The position numbers and the translations under genes are program-made. The notes below the pieces were generated by a model. The model was not told the origin of the DNA, did not search any database, and was given only the letters and a program-made list of their open reading frames with translations. A DNA stretch of 63,920 nucleotides, filler included, from Reticulomyxa filosa (taxonomy: Eukaryota; Protista; Foraminifera), in NCBI GenBank assembly GCA_000512085.1. It is 20 parts of 20 records of this genome, joined end to end, with 100 filler letters (N's around TTAATTAATTAA, not from the genome) between each part and the next. Parts side by side here need not be neighbours in the genome. Positions count along the whole stretch, not along the records: positions 40,814 to 43,321 come from ASPP01007753.1; positions 43,422 to 48,197 come from ASPP01023213.1; positions 48,298 to 50,735 come from ASPP01028191.1; positions 50,836 to 52,158 come from ASPP01021556.1; positions 52,259 to 54,822 come from ASPP01000612.1; 15 more parts are not named here. One strand, written 5' to 3'. Position 1 is the first letter of the stretch. Each line of letters opens with the position of its first letter. Of this stretch, positions 40,843-52,679 are shown one piece after another.

Positions 40843-43254
40843 TCTTCGTTTGTATCGGTGTCCTTGACCGCTTGGAATGCTGCTTTGGACGCCTCAGGGG
40901 TAAATGAAATGTTTAGTGAAGTCATGGCGGATTCAAATTCGGCCAACGAAATCATGGAATCAAAATCGGTGTCAACAGTGTTGAAAGCATTCCACAGTAT
41001 CTCGGATCCGGCGATAATCAGCTCTCGATGCTTTTTGTTGTTCTCCTTAAACGCCAAACTTTTTGCAGTGTCTTTGATTTCGGGAGCGTCTTGGGTCAAG
41101 GATTTGCGCTTTTTTGCCAAGCTTGCATCGACTGGCACTTTTGGATTGCTCGAAACTTTGGTATGTGATTCGGCTGGTTTTTCCTTCTCTTTCTCTTTGC
41201 CATTTTTTGGATTGTTTGAGTTTCTTGGGGTCAATCCTCCAGAGCTTTTGTTTGCTTTCTTAATGTCACTTGCACTTCCATTTGCTGACGAAGGTGTACT
41301 TTTGGAAGCCGCTTTTTCGGGTTGTGGTGTTTTTGGTTTCACTTCCGTTTTCGGAGCAGTTTTGGGTTGGGGTGTTGTTGCGATTGGTTTTGCCGCTGTA
41401 GTTGTTGAAGGTGTTGCAGCTGGCTTTTTCGCAGCTGGAGTGGATGCTGTTGCATTATTTCCATTCGTTTTCTTTGGTGTTTTGTCCGGCTCCGACAAGT
41501 CTGAACTTGAGTTGTCTGCTTTGCTGTTGGATTCCGTTTCTATTTTGGACATATTTGAACCAATATTGTGATTTAACACAGTACACAAAATCAACAATCA
41601 ACGTGAACCGCATCAAATTATTATTATTACAAATGTGAATCAAACATGTTATAAAGATACATATATATTTATATATTTATATACGTATATAAAGATGTGG
41701 GATATAAACTCTTTTCAGCATCAGCATTTGCATTACTGTCATCAGTCTCATTGTCTTCGTTTTTAACCAAAATGAAAGGATCATCACTTTGTTTGCCAAA
41801 GTCGGCGCTGGCAATCAGTTTCTGCACATTTTCTTTGATTGTATCGTATTTTTTCATTTGTGCGCGGCTCAATTTTTTCAACACTCGCTCACACAAGTCG
41901 CTGTGTAGCGTGTCACAGCGAGCAACTGCCGAATACGCAGAGTCTCTCACGTCAGCATCTGCATCTTGGACACCACTCAGCAATGCTTTTTCTGTTAATT
42001 TCCAAAATGCTTCTGGTCTTTCTTGTCCTGATATGATCATTCGGTCTAATATCAAATTTATAAATTCAAACGAACTCATTCGGACCTGTCATGTTATCAA
42101 TAGCAAAGCATAGAACGGCTTACAATAACTGACACATGCATATATATACACATATATGTATGTTATTATATGTGACATGTACGTAATAGAATAAGCATAT
42201 GGGATATATTCTTCAGTTGAAGAGGTCCAATCAATAAAAAAAAGTCGGCAAACACACCTCTTGAAAAGATTTGTCACAGGCACCTTGCACAACCATTGCA
42301 TACAATGGAATTTTTTGCTGTCTGGCACAAATCGAATCAGGTTTTGGCGCATTGATGAGCGCTATAACGAACAATTTCTACACGTTGTCGAATGCACTCG
42401 TACAACGTTTCCAAAATTCGGGGAGCGAATTTTAAGAAAGCTGCTTTGCGTGCGATCATGATTTTGGCCAAAGCAATGCAAGTTTCACGCATTACCATGG
42501 AGCGACGATCTTTCACTTGGATGCACATAGGCAATGCCATTCGAGTAAACATTTTTTGAAACGCTTCGGATTTTAGTTTGGGATTCACACACATTCGACA
42601 AAATGAGTGAACGCCTTTAATTCTCTGTTCCCAATTTTCATCCGTATCACGTAGCAATGAGCTGCAAGTATCTTTATTATTCCAAAGAGGGGGGGAAGAA
42701 AAAAAAAGTTTTACACATTCAAGAGGGAAATACACACATATAAATACATAAATATATAAATAAATATTTATATGTATGTATGAGGAGTTTAAAATATAAA
42801 TAATAATAATAAAAGTAAATGTATAAACATTGAGCTCACCTAAATCCAAATCGTCATCTAAAGGTGCCAATTCCAAGTTACTTGCGCTCAATAGTTTGCG
42901 CCAAAACTCTTTCAGTTCCGGGGGCGAGCTCATCAAAACTTTTTTAAAGTCCTCGTATTCCACGTAGCGTTGTTTTTTGGCGTCCAACAAGTCAAACAAT
43001 TTTTCTTTTTCTGGGCTCGTGTGTTTCATTCCCAATTTTTCTAATATTGCGTCAAATTCATCTTTGGTAATGCGACGGTCCATTTTTGTGTCAATTTGAT
43101 CAAATCCATAAAAGATGTCGGATTCGATCAAGTTTTCTGCAAATGGATTCCAAAACACTCCTTCAGGAGGTCGCGGAAATGATTCCACTACTTTTTTGGG
43201 CTTTGGTGGTTCTTTCGTCTTTTCTTCCTTTGTTATTTCCGCTTTTTTTTCCAT
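40843..43254 (-). CDS. EF-hand pair + CLASP-N/TOG HEAT domain + basic P/K/T linker + second EF-hand pair; 3' truncated
   Basis: FDQIDTKMDRRITKDEF and FDLLDAKKQRYVEYEDF. ENWEQRIKG, QVKDRRSMVMRETC, RVEIVRYSAHQCAK, LLSGVQDADADVRDSA. FNTVDTDFDSMISLAEF. Several (TA)n introns. Confidence 0.8.
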
Positions 43255-43439
43255 TTTTTGAAATCCGGAAAACAAATCTTCATTTGTCCACGTTCTCTGT
43301 TTTATTTAATATTTTTATGCANNNNNNNNNNNNNNNNNNNNNNNNNNNNNNNNNNNNNNNNNNNNTTAATTAATTAANNNNNNNNNNNNNNNNNNNNNNN
43401 NNNNNNNNNNNNNNNNNNNNNAAAAAAAAAAAAAAAAAG

Positions 43440-44381
43440 CATCGAAATTTGTGGCACACATGGATATTGGAGAAGCTGCTAACTTGCGTGTGAATGATTT
43501 GATCGATCACAAGTTTTTGTTTTTTTTTTTTTTTGCACCTTTAGCAAAAAGTTTGCGCGAATAGGGGGGGGGTGGTATACGTAAAAAGCGTTTTTTGATG
43601 TATGTGATGGATAATGAATTCCAAAAGGGACGAAGCAGGGAGGTTTTTATTGGCGACGGTGGTCGAAAAGTTAGGTAGCCAATTGCGTGTGCATTACGAG
43701 GGGTGGTCGAGCAAGTGGGACGTCACTAGCGATTACACAAAAGAAATCAACCGGTTTGCGAGTGCTCGCAGCATATCCTCGAGACCCGCACATCGTCTGC
43801 AACACTTGAACAACGACGACTGGGTCGACATCTTTTTGCATAAAAGCTCGCAATGGGTCACCGCACAGATCAAACGCAAAGACCAGGGCTCGGGGCAAGT
43901 CCAGGTGAGCTATGAACTCGATCAGCGGACTTTACTCGTTTGGATGCATTTGGACGATGTCTCAAATGTGGTCGACGCACGGTCGAAAACTGATCCTTCT
44001 CAAGTGCAGTCCATGTATGATTACTCCCATTTGTCGGGCTTGGATGCTAATTCGAATGTCGGTTTGGATACTGGATTGAATGCTCGTTCGGGTGTCAGTC
44101 CAATCCAAATGCAAGCCACGACTCAACCGAAGCTGCAAGACAAGACAGCCCATTTATTAATGGATGGAAAGACGGTGCAGGTGAAGATGAAGGAACTCAC
44201 CTTGTCCGAGTTGCAAGACTTGATCTACGAACATGTGCTGAAGGATAAAACGTGGAATGATCAAATGATGCTGCAAATTCGAGATTCTCAAAACAATGTT
44301 GTACAAACTGACAAAAGTGTTATCAACGCTATTGGTTCTGGATTGTCACGCTTTACTTTAGACTGGGTTTCTTATGGCTAG
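43440..44381 (+). CDS. Tandem Tudor/MBT-like (Royal family) domain followed by a PB1/ubiquitin-like domain; partial
   Basis: NLRVNDLIDH | RDEAGRFLLATVVEKLGSQLRVHYEGWSSKWD. Second barrel DWVDIFL..WVTAQIK...GQVQVSY. Then KMKELTLSELQDLI...QIRDSQNNVVQTDKSV. Confidence 0.6.
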
Positions 44382-45738
44382 CTTCCATAATTTTTTTATC
44401 TTTTCAAAAAAAATCGTACTAACATTTTTTTCTTCTAAATGATCAGTATATGACACTCTTATAAATGCAACGCTATTTTGTTGTGCTTGTGCACGAAAAT
44501 ACTGTGGTATTATTTCAATGTCATGATTGTTTTTTGTTGAAAAATTGTATAATGACTTTACAAAAAACTCTTTTAAAAAAAATATCAACAATTAAGAAAT
44601 ATTTAGTACTTGAAGCTACAATCATATCTTGCACTTTTCTTGGTTGGAACCATGATACAGATAATCTTTTTAATTCATTGACTTAAGTAAAACATGAAAG
44701 ATAAAAAAAAAAATTAAACGGAACAACACCCTTTTTTAGGACTATCATTTTGTCAGTATTTTCAGAACAACGCAATTGAATCATTTATATTGCAAATCAT
44801 AAAATTTTGTCAAAATCATTATTTCAGAATGTAGATTACTTTTTTTGACTGATGACTTGAAAACATAACAGTCATTAAAAAATGTGCCATAAATGTGCTT
44901 TTTTCTGGACATATACTTATTTAAATATATATTAATACAAATAATGTAAAAATCGAATTTTGACAAAAAAATTAATTTACAGCATATTCAGGTTTACACG
45001 AAGAACAATATTTTGTTTTGTGAGTTTATTGTGACAATTGAAAACACTTTATGTGAAATACGAACATATATATTTCTAAAGAATTTCGTTGTAATGTATA
45101 TGCAAATTGAAATGACGTGTCTTCATTTTGTTTATTCATCAAATGTACGTATAATTTTTTTTTGTTCGTATTGACATTATATTTTCTTCCAAAAAAATAA
45201 TTGTCTCAAAACAAAAGAAAGAATAAATCATATGAAAATATTTATAATATATTAAGAACACTATGTGCGAAAATAAGCACATGCATAACAATTTTTGAAA
45301 TTCTTTTTTTTGGTGCAACAACATATAATTCAGTAAAAATTTGTGTGCGATTTAATTGTACTTTGTTTTTGAAAATGTTATCGCACATTGCAACAATATA
45401 TCTTGTCTTACAAATGAACAGCAAATATTTTTCTTTACGCAGTATCGCAATTATCGACATGACGAAGATTCGACTAGTACTACAAACGGCCACTTATTGC
45501 AAGCAGTGATTGCACTACGCTTGGATCTACAAGAATTGCAAAAATGAAAGGAAAACAAGTAATGTTGCAGTTCTGACTGTCACGTGCTTGCGCGACTTTT
45601 CAAGTGTCATGAAGACAGCCTCTTTTTTTTGCATAGAAAAATTGGTGGAAATGGTCGACATTCAATCGAACGTTGTTTTCCGAAGTGTCTGCTTGTCTTG
45701 TATTTTCGAAATTAAAACTTGGGGGTTTCATTCTCATC

Positions 45739-46847
45739 ATGCTGCACCAAAAGCTACTGTTACTAATATTAGCAACATTATTTAGCGTTTTCGGCCTGCC
45801 TCCAACGGGTGTATTACCTTTAGATGTGAAAACTTTTGACAAAGTTGTGGATGGCACCTGGAACGTGTTATTGAAATTTGATAGAGTTACATCACGTTTT
45901 ATTTTGAAAAGCAAATAAAATCTTTCCAATTTGTTTCATTACAAAAACGCTTCCGCGTATATGTGTATGTAATGAACATTGACGGCATACCTTACCTATA
46001 AGAAATACGCATATGGTAAACACGAAGAAGCAGTTGAGAAAATGATGAACATGATATCAAAAACCGAGTATAAATTGCTTCCGAATATAACCTCTCAAAA
46101 AAAAATAAAATAAAATAAAAAATGTGAATGTTGACGGGATAATAGTGGAAGTCGTTAGCAAATGAGATAGCATCATCTCCAAAAGTACTGTTGGCAGAAG
46201 TCGGTGTAACCGAATATGGCGATAAAGAAAATCAAGAATTATTAGCCCGTTTCTCAATTAAAAAAGAAACTTTTCCGCAGTTTCGCTTATTCAAAGTTTA
46301 AATATTTTTTTTTTTTTTTTTTACAGTTTTATATACCCATACATATGTATACGTATTTATATATGTGTACATATACATATATATGTATATACGCACATGT
46401 AATAAAAAGGCAGGAGTCAAATCGACAGATCCAATTGCATTAACGGATAAATACATAACTTTGAGTACATTGAATTTGTTTTTGAAATCGAATGGAGTTT
46501 GGATAGGATTGGAAGGGTGTATTGAAGAGTTTGATTTGTTGGCGAAAGAGTTAATGGAAACGCAAGATCGAAACACGTATGACAAACTCGGCGAAAAAGG
46601 CAAGCAATTGTTGGAAAAATTGAGCGACGAAGAGCAGATACAATCCGCCAATTATTATATGAAGGTGATGGCCCACGTTGTCCAGGAAGGCAAAGAATAT
46701 GTGCGCAGCGAGTTGAGTCGTCTCCAAAACATGTCGTCAAAGCAAAAAAATCTAAATCTTGAACAACTACGTTGGTTTCGAGTGCGAAGCAACATCTTAT
46801 CGTCTTTTGCCGACACAAGTGTTGTCGCTCAAAAAGAAGAGCTTTGA
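45739..46847 (+). CDS. ERP29: ER chaperone ERp29/Windbeutel (four exons)
   Basis: Signal peptide, GVLPLDVKTFDKVV..VLLKFD | KYAYGKHEE, LLAEVGVTEYGDKENQELLARFSIKKETFPQFRLF, GVWIGLEGCIEEFDLLA, ELSRL, RSNILSSF, C-terminal KEEL. Confidence 0.93.
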
Positions 46848-47453
46848 CCAAATTACGACACTTTTTTTTTTTTCTTTCCCCAAAAAATGACGTGGTTGCT
46901 ATTTTATTATTTTATTAAACTAAATCGGCTTAGATTATCACATTTTATTCTTTTTTATACCACCGTAGGCAAGTGAATTTAATTGTTCAGTAATTTTTGT
47001 TAAAGAGGAGAAATCTAATAAAAACTTTTTTTAGTCGAATAGGACATGGAATTATCGAAGAAATTTCCTGAAAATTTTCTTGGAAGAATTTTCTGCAATT
47101 TTCTTTTTTTTTTTATTCAAACTACTTTAAGAAAGAAAAAAAAGGGGGGAACGATTTATGAGATGCATGTTGTGAGACAATGTCATGTTTCTTCCCTTCT
47201 CACTCTCTGTCTCTCTCTCTATCTCCATTTGGGTTGTACAACAACACACTTGCAAACATACAATTTAATTCATATCCGTTTGCAAAGCACCCACCGAAAC
47301 ATAGGTAAAAAGCGGAGATTAAAAACAAGACCAAGCAGCTAAACAAAACAAAAAAAGAGGAATTTGTTGAAAAACCCTAGATATATGTTGGCTATAATAA
47401 AAAAAAAAAAAATGTTGTGTAAACTTTTTTTTTATTTATTTTTAAAAAAGGGA

Positions 47454-48197
47454 TCAAACGACATCCAAATCGTGTACAGGAAAGCCGAGCATGACTTTGA
47501 CAGCTTCGTAAGTGGTCCAAGTGATGGCAGCAGAAGGGATCATATAAAATGCCCTGGCGGAGACACCTGCCATCAAGACTCTGTATCCTAATCTCTGATC
47601 ATGATGCAACAAGCGACGAAGCGTGAGTGGGATGGACAAATAGCCGTGAGTGGGATCAGTTTGGATAGTGGTTTTGATCACGTCCAAAGGATTGCTGACA
47701 ATGCCAGCCAAGCCACCGGCAATGGCACCCGACAGCAAATGTATATACCACAAGGATTTCTGTTCGTCTTTTCCATTTCCCAAGAATTGCTTCATTCCTT
47801 CGTACGTTACAAAGTTGGTGACAAACACGGGCACATTTAACAACACCGTCGCCGGATAAGAGCGATAAAACGACAAATACCCATCTTTTCGAAATGTGTC
47901 AATTGCACAACGGCATACATTTGCATACTTGCAATTCTTTATTTGCATCTTTTGCTTCACCACGTCAAATGGAGTTACTATTAAATCATGGGCTATTTAT
48001 ATGCATATATATATATATATATGTATATGTATACATATCTTCTTTTTTAAAATTGAAAGGGGAACACACGTTCCTCCCCTCCCCCCTTTTTTTTTAAAAA
48101 ATGCATGTACGTGCATGTACGACATGCACATACCGCATGTTGCAGCGGAAGCGGCAATTGCAGTTTTGGTAGGGTCATATGTGTTCGGTGCGATGGA
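47454..48197 (-). CDS. Mitochondrial carrier of mitoferrin (MRS3/MRS4, SLC25A28/37) type, 5' truncated
   Basis: HDLIVTPFDVVKQKMQ and NPLDVIKTTIQT carrier signatures. FYRSYPATVLLNVP..F.TYE, HLLSGAIAGG, PSAAITWTTYE. One intron at ~47993-48133. Confidence 0.85.
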
Positions 48198-48404
48198 NNN
48201 NNNNNNNNNNNNNNNNNNNNNNNNNNNNNNNNNNNNNNNNNTTAATTAATTAANNNNNNNNNNNNNNNNNNNNNNNNNNNNNNNNNNNNNNNNNNNNAGG
48301 AAGAATAAAAAAGGGGGGAAAACGCAAGGAAGTCGGAGCAAAGTATTTATATCATACTTGAAATTGATTTCATTTGATGTTCATATTGCTTTTGTTTAAA
48401 ATAG

Positions 48405-50083
48405 GCACATCTCCGATCAATTAAGTGTTATACACGTCTAAGTCTTGTGGAAGAAGCCAAGCAAGCTGCCGACAGTTTGTAAGAAAAAGATATATAGAAG
48501 AAAGGAAGAAGTAAAAAGATATTATAGAAATAAAAAGCAATCATAAAACAAAAATAAAGATAAAAATAAAAATAAAAATAAACAGAAGCATTGAATATAT
48601 ATCCAAACGATAATGAATTGCGACAGTTACGAAATCGCATTGATATAATTCAATACAAAAACCAAAGAATCAATGAAAAACTCTGGCTAACAGAATATAA
48701 ATTTCTCACCGGATTGGTAAAGCCTTACTACTCATCTCCTCATCAAAGCACTGGCAGCATTGGGAAGACACACGACGAAGATATTAAAATAGAATCGAAG
48801 ACTAATGAAGACAAACAAGCAGAGTCAGCCAACGGAGAAGGATGTGAAGGCTCGTATGCAAAAGATAAGATCCAATTGATATTGAATCATTGGATTAGAA
48901 TATTACACATAAAATTTGGATGGATTAATGAGTTTGATAAGCTCATTATCAATTATGTTAGTTCATTTGTTCTATCTTTTTTTTTAATATCAATCAAAAT
49001 TCAAATGTTTATTTAACATAGGTATCTTATGTCTTCATGTTTGACACATTTCGTTCATCATCCAAAGTAATTAATACATTCAATGGACATACAGACTGTG
49101 TGTATAGCATTGATTATGTGACATTTGGCAATTGTCAGCTCATTTGTTCTGGATCATATGATACAGCAGTTTGTATATGGGATGTTGATAACAACAAACA
49201 CATCCAATCATTCAACATACATTCACGCCCTATATATTGTGTGAGATTCTCATCATATCATTATCAAAATTATAATAAAAATGTCATTTGCTCTTCATCA
49301 CATGATAGAAGCATTCGTTTTTGGGATTTTAAACAGAATCAGCAATTACAAATATTCAATGATCACACTGACAGTGTTAATGTAATTGAATTTTCACCAT
49401 TTAATGGTGGTAGATATTTGTGTTCTGGATCATGTGACGAGACTATTCGTTTATGGGATGTTGAAACATCAAAATTATTACATATTTTCAATGAACATGA
49501 AAATAGTATTTGGTGTGTTGATATTTCACCATTACAAAGCAACAGCAATAATATCAATGACAAGAATAATATTGGTGTAATTGGTGGAAATGGATATACA
49601 ATTTGTTCTGGATCATTTGATCAAACTATTCGAATATGGGATATTGAAACAACTAAACAATTAAATGTATTCAATGGACATACAGATTATGTGAGAAGTG
49701 TAAAATATGGATCAAATGAATTATCAAATTTGATATTATCTGGATCAAATGATAGAAGTGTTCGTTTGTGGGATATTCGATCTGGTCAAGAAACTCAAGT
49801 ATTCAATAGACATACACATTATGTATGGTCTGTTGAATATTCACCATTTGCAATAAACGATAGTAGTGATGGTAATTCAAATGTGATATGTTCTGGATCA
49901 TTTGATAATACAATTCGTTTTTGGGATATTCGATCAAATAAGAATGAATTATATATTATTAATGGATTTGAAGAAGATTATGTAATGTCATGTCTTAAAT
50001 TTATTTCATTAAAAAAGAATTCTAAATATTATTGGAATTTATGTTATGGTTCCGCTTCGGGCTCCATTTACATATATGGATAA
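48405..50083 (+). CDS. TPR + WIR..GWI motif + WD40-repeat fusion protein, 5' truncated
   Basis: Spliced AHLRSIKCYTRLSLVEEAKQAAD|KALNIYPNDNELRQL (TPR-like), linker, IQLILNHWIRILHIKFGWINEFDKLIINY, intron, then an intact WD40 exon ~49022-50083. Confidence 0.85.
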
Positions 50084-50835
50084 TTTTTGGCACAACATTC
50101 AAAATGAATGCAACAATAATGTTAAATGAAAATGATTTGAAAATGTGTACAATATCAATCTTGTTTATCACTATCATTTTCTGTTAATATCTCCAAATTT
50201 GTTGCGATTAAATTTTTTGTTTAGTTTCATTCTTGTCCCATTTGCAGTTTCAAAGAAATATCATATAACTGCTTCTTAATTTTAAACTACAAATGATCGA
50301 CGAATTCCTTTCAATCAGGTACTTGAGATAAAAAAGTAATAATTATTGGAAAAAATGTAAAAATATTGGGTCAAATCAACATTAAATAGGATATCGATGA
50401 TTGTATAAGAAGGACAAGCCTTTCTTTGGACAATATTTGATTTTTCTCTTGCCTTTTTCTTCTCATTGACAAATTAAAATTCGCTTAATTTTTTTGCTAA
50501 TGTATAGATCATAAATGTCGATATAATGTCTAAAAAAATAAGTATATATTGAGATTAATCAGTATTCTTTTAAAAAAAATTAAAAAATATAACATAGCAT
50601 TGATTTAATTTTTAATTTTTCAACACAATACGTCAACAGGTAATGCAAGAGTTGGAAAAGATGGAGTTGCAAACGGTGCAAGAAATGAATCTTAAAAACT
50701 TGATTACTATAAATCGATCACACCAAACGTCTTCANNNNNNNNNNNNNNNNNNNNNNNNNNNNNNNNNNNNNNNNNNNNTTAATTAATTAANNNNNNNNN
50801 NNNNNNNNNNNNNNNNNNNNNNNNNNNNNNNNNNN

Positions 50836-52136
50836 CAATACCAATATCAATACCAATATCAATGCCAATGTCAATACCAATGAACAGAACTCGATCGACA
50901 AAACGATGAAATGCGAAGACAGTGAAGCAAGCCCTCGAATGGAATTGCGATTGAAAGAAGAGCAATATGGACATGTGGATGAAGGCAATATGACGAACAA
51001 TGGCAGTGACGCGAGTGGATTAAGCCAAAGCACGAAGCGTCGCACGGTAAGTGATTTGAGTTTATCTTCGTCCGAAAGGTCGCAATTGCTAAATGACATA
51101 TTGACTCACGTTCGAAATGGTCTCTCATTTTCCCATCCCAACTTTGCCACCGCAAATGCCATGGATTTGAATTGCCCTACTAACCCTGTCATGATGCATG
51201 CCAATTCGAAATCCACTTCCAACATTGATTCAAACAATACCAATACCAATACCAATACCAATACCAATACCAATGTCAATGTCAATGTCAATGATGCCAA
51301 TTCCAATGCCAATGCTGCTACCGATTCCAATTCAACCTCCAACGATTGGCTCACCGCTGGTAACCCGTTGCATCCCTCTCTCAATTCATCACTCAATTCG
51401 TCACTCGTCGTCGAGCCGCAAACTCACTCATCGAAACAAGAGTCACTCTCGGAACTGAGTGTTCGAGACAAAGACATGGAAAGCGAAAAGGAAGGGCTGA
51501 AGATGAGTCAAGTGCAAGAGCATTCAACAAAAAATGGAGGGTACGTACTGCCTCGGCTTATCGATCAAAGCAATATGAAAGTAGACATTACAACATTGCC
51601 ACCAGTACCAGTACCAATACCGATATCAATACCAATATCAATACCAATGCCAGTACCAGTACCAGTGCCAGCGCCAGTGCCAGTGCCAAGTGCGGCTAGA
51701 AATATAGCAATATCGGACGACAAATACAAACACTACTTTGAAAGAAGGGTAGAGACGTCGAAGACTTGTTATGAGTTCCAACAAATGAATAAACAGATCT
51801 ATGGACATGAACATGTGCATGAATATGAACATGAACATGAACGTGAACATGAACGTGGACATGGATATGTACAAATGCCAAAGGAACAAAAAGTGACTCG
51901 AAAATACGCTCGAAGTGCGGCCGACTTTGGCGAGCCTTTTTTATTTCACAGTCGGCCTGTTCCAAATAGAGACCAAGCTGGAAAACACGAAGCAAATAGC
52001 AGTCGCAATGACGTCACTGTCGTTCGCACAGTGTACAACCCCGTCCCACCGCCATTGCCTACATGTGTTCCCAAATATGCTCATTCCAACTCCCCATCTC
52101 TCCCACTTCATCATGTGCCCAAGTCTGTTTATGTGG
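50836..52136 (+). CDS. Internal exon of a low-complexity hypothetical protein
   Basis: More than 400 open codons with (NT)n, (PV/PI)n and (HE)n hexamer microsatellites, ending at a GTAAGT donor. Confidence 0.65.
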
Positions 52137-52679
52137 GTAAGTATTTTTTTTTTTTTTTNNNNNNNNNNNNNNNNNNNNNNNNNNNNNNNNNNNNNNNNNN
52201 NNTTAATTAATTAANNNNNNNNNNNNNNNNNNNNNNNNNNNNNNNNNNNNNNNNNNNNAAAGTAAATACGATAAAAACAAACAAAAAAAGGAAAATATCA
52301 ACAAAACATATAAAAAACTCACAATCAACGAAAAAAAAATTTTAAAGTTTTAATTTAATCTTTAAAATATCAAAAAAACAAATAAAATCTCAGAGATTAT
52401 ACGGTGAGATCAATCAACTGTTGAAAACAAATTTGGCTATTCTCTGTGTGTGAAATGATCAGTTGGAATTACAGGAGCAATACTAATGCTCAACTGAATA
52501 TCTGATCCTTGTTTTCGAAGTGTTGAAGTATAATGGAAATATTTAGATTCAATTTAAATCTTTTAACAAATTAAAGCAAATTAAAACAAAAAATAAAATT
52601 TAAACACTTATTATTAAAGAAAAGCATGTGGATGTTGTCGATATTGTAATTTCGGCTTATTTAATAGAAAAGTTGAGCC

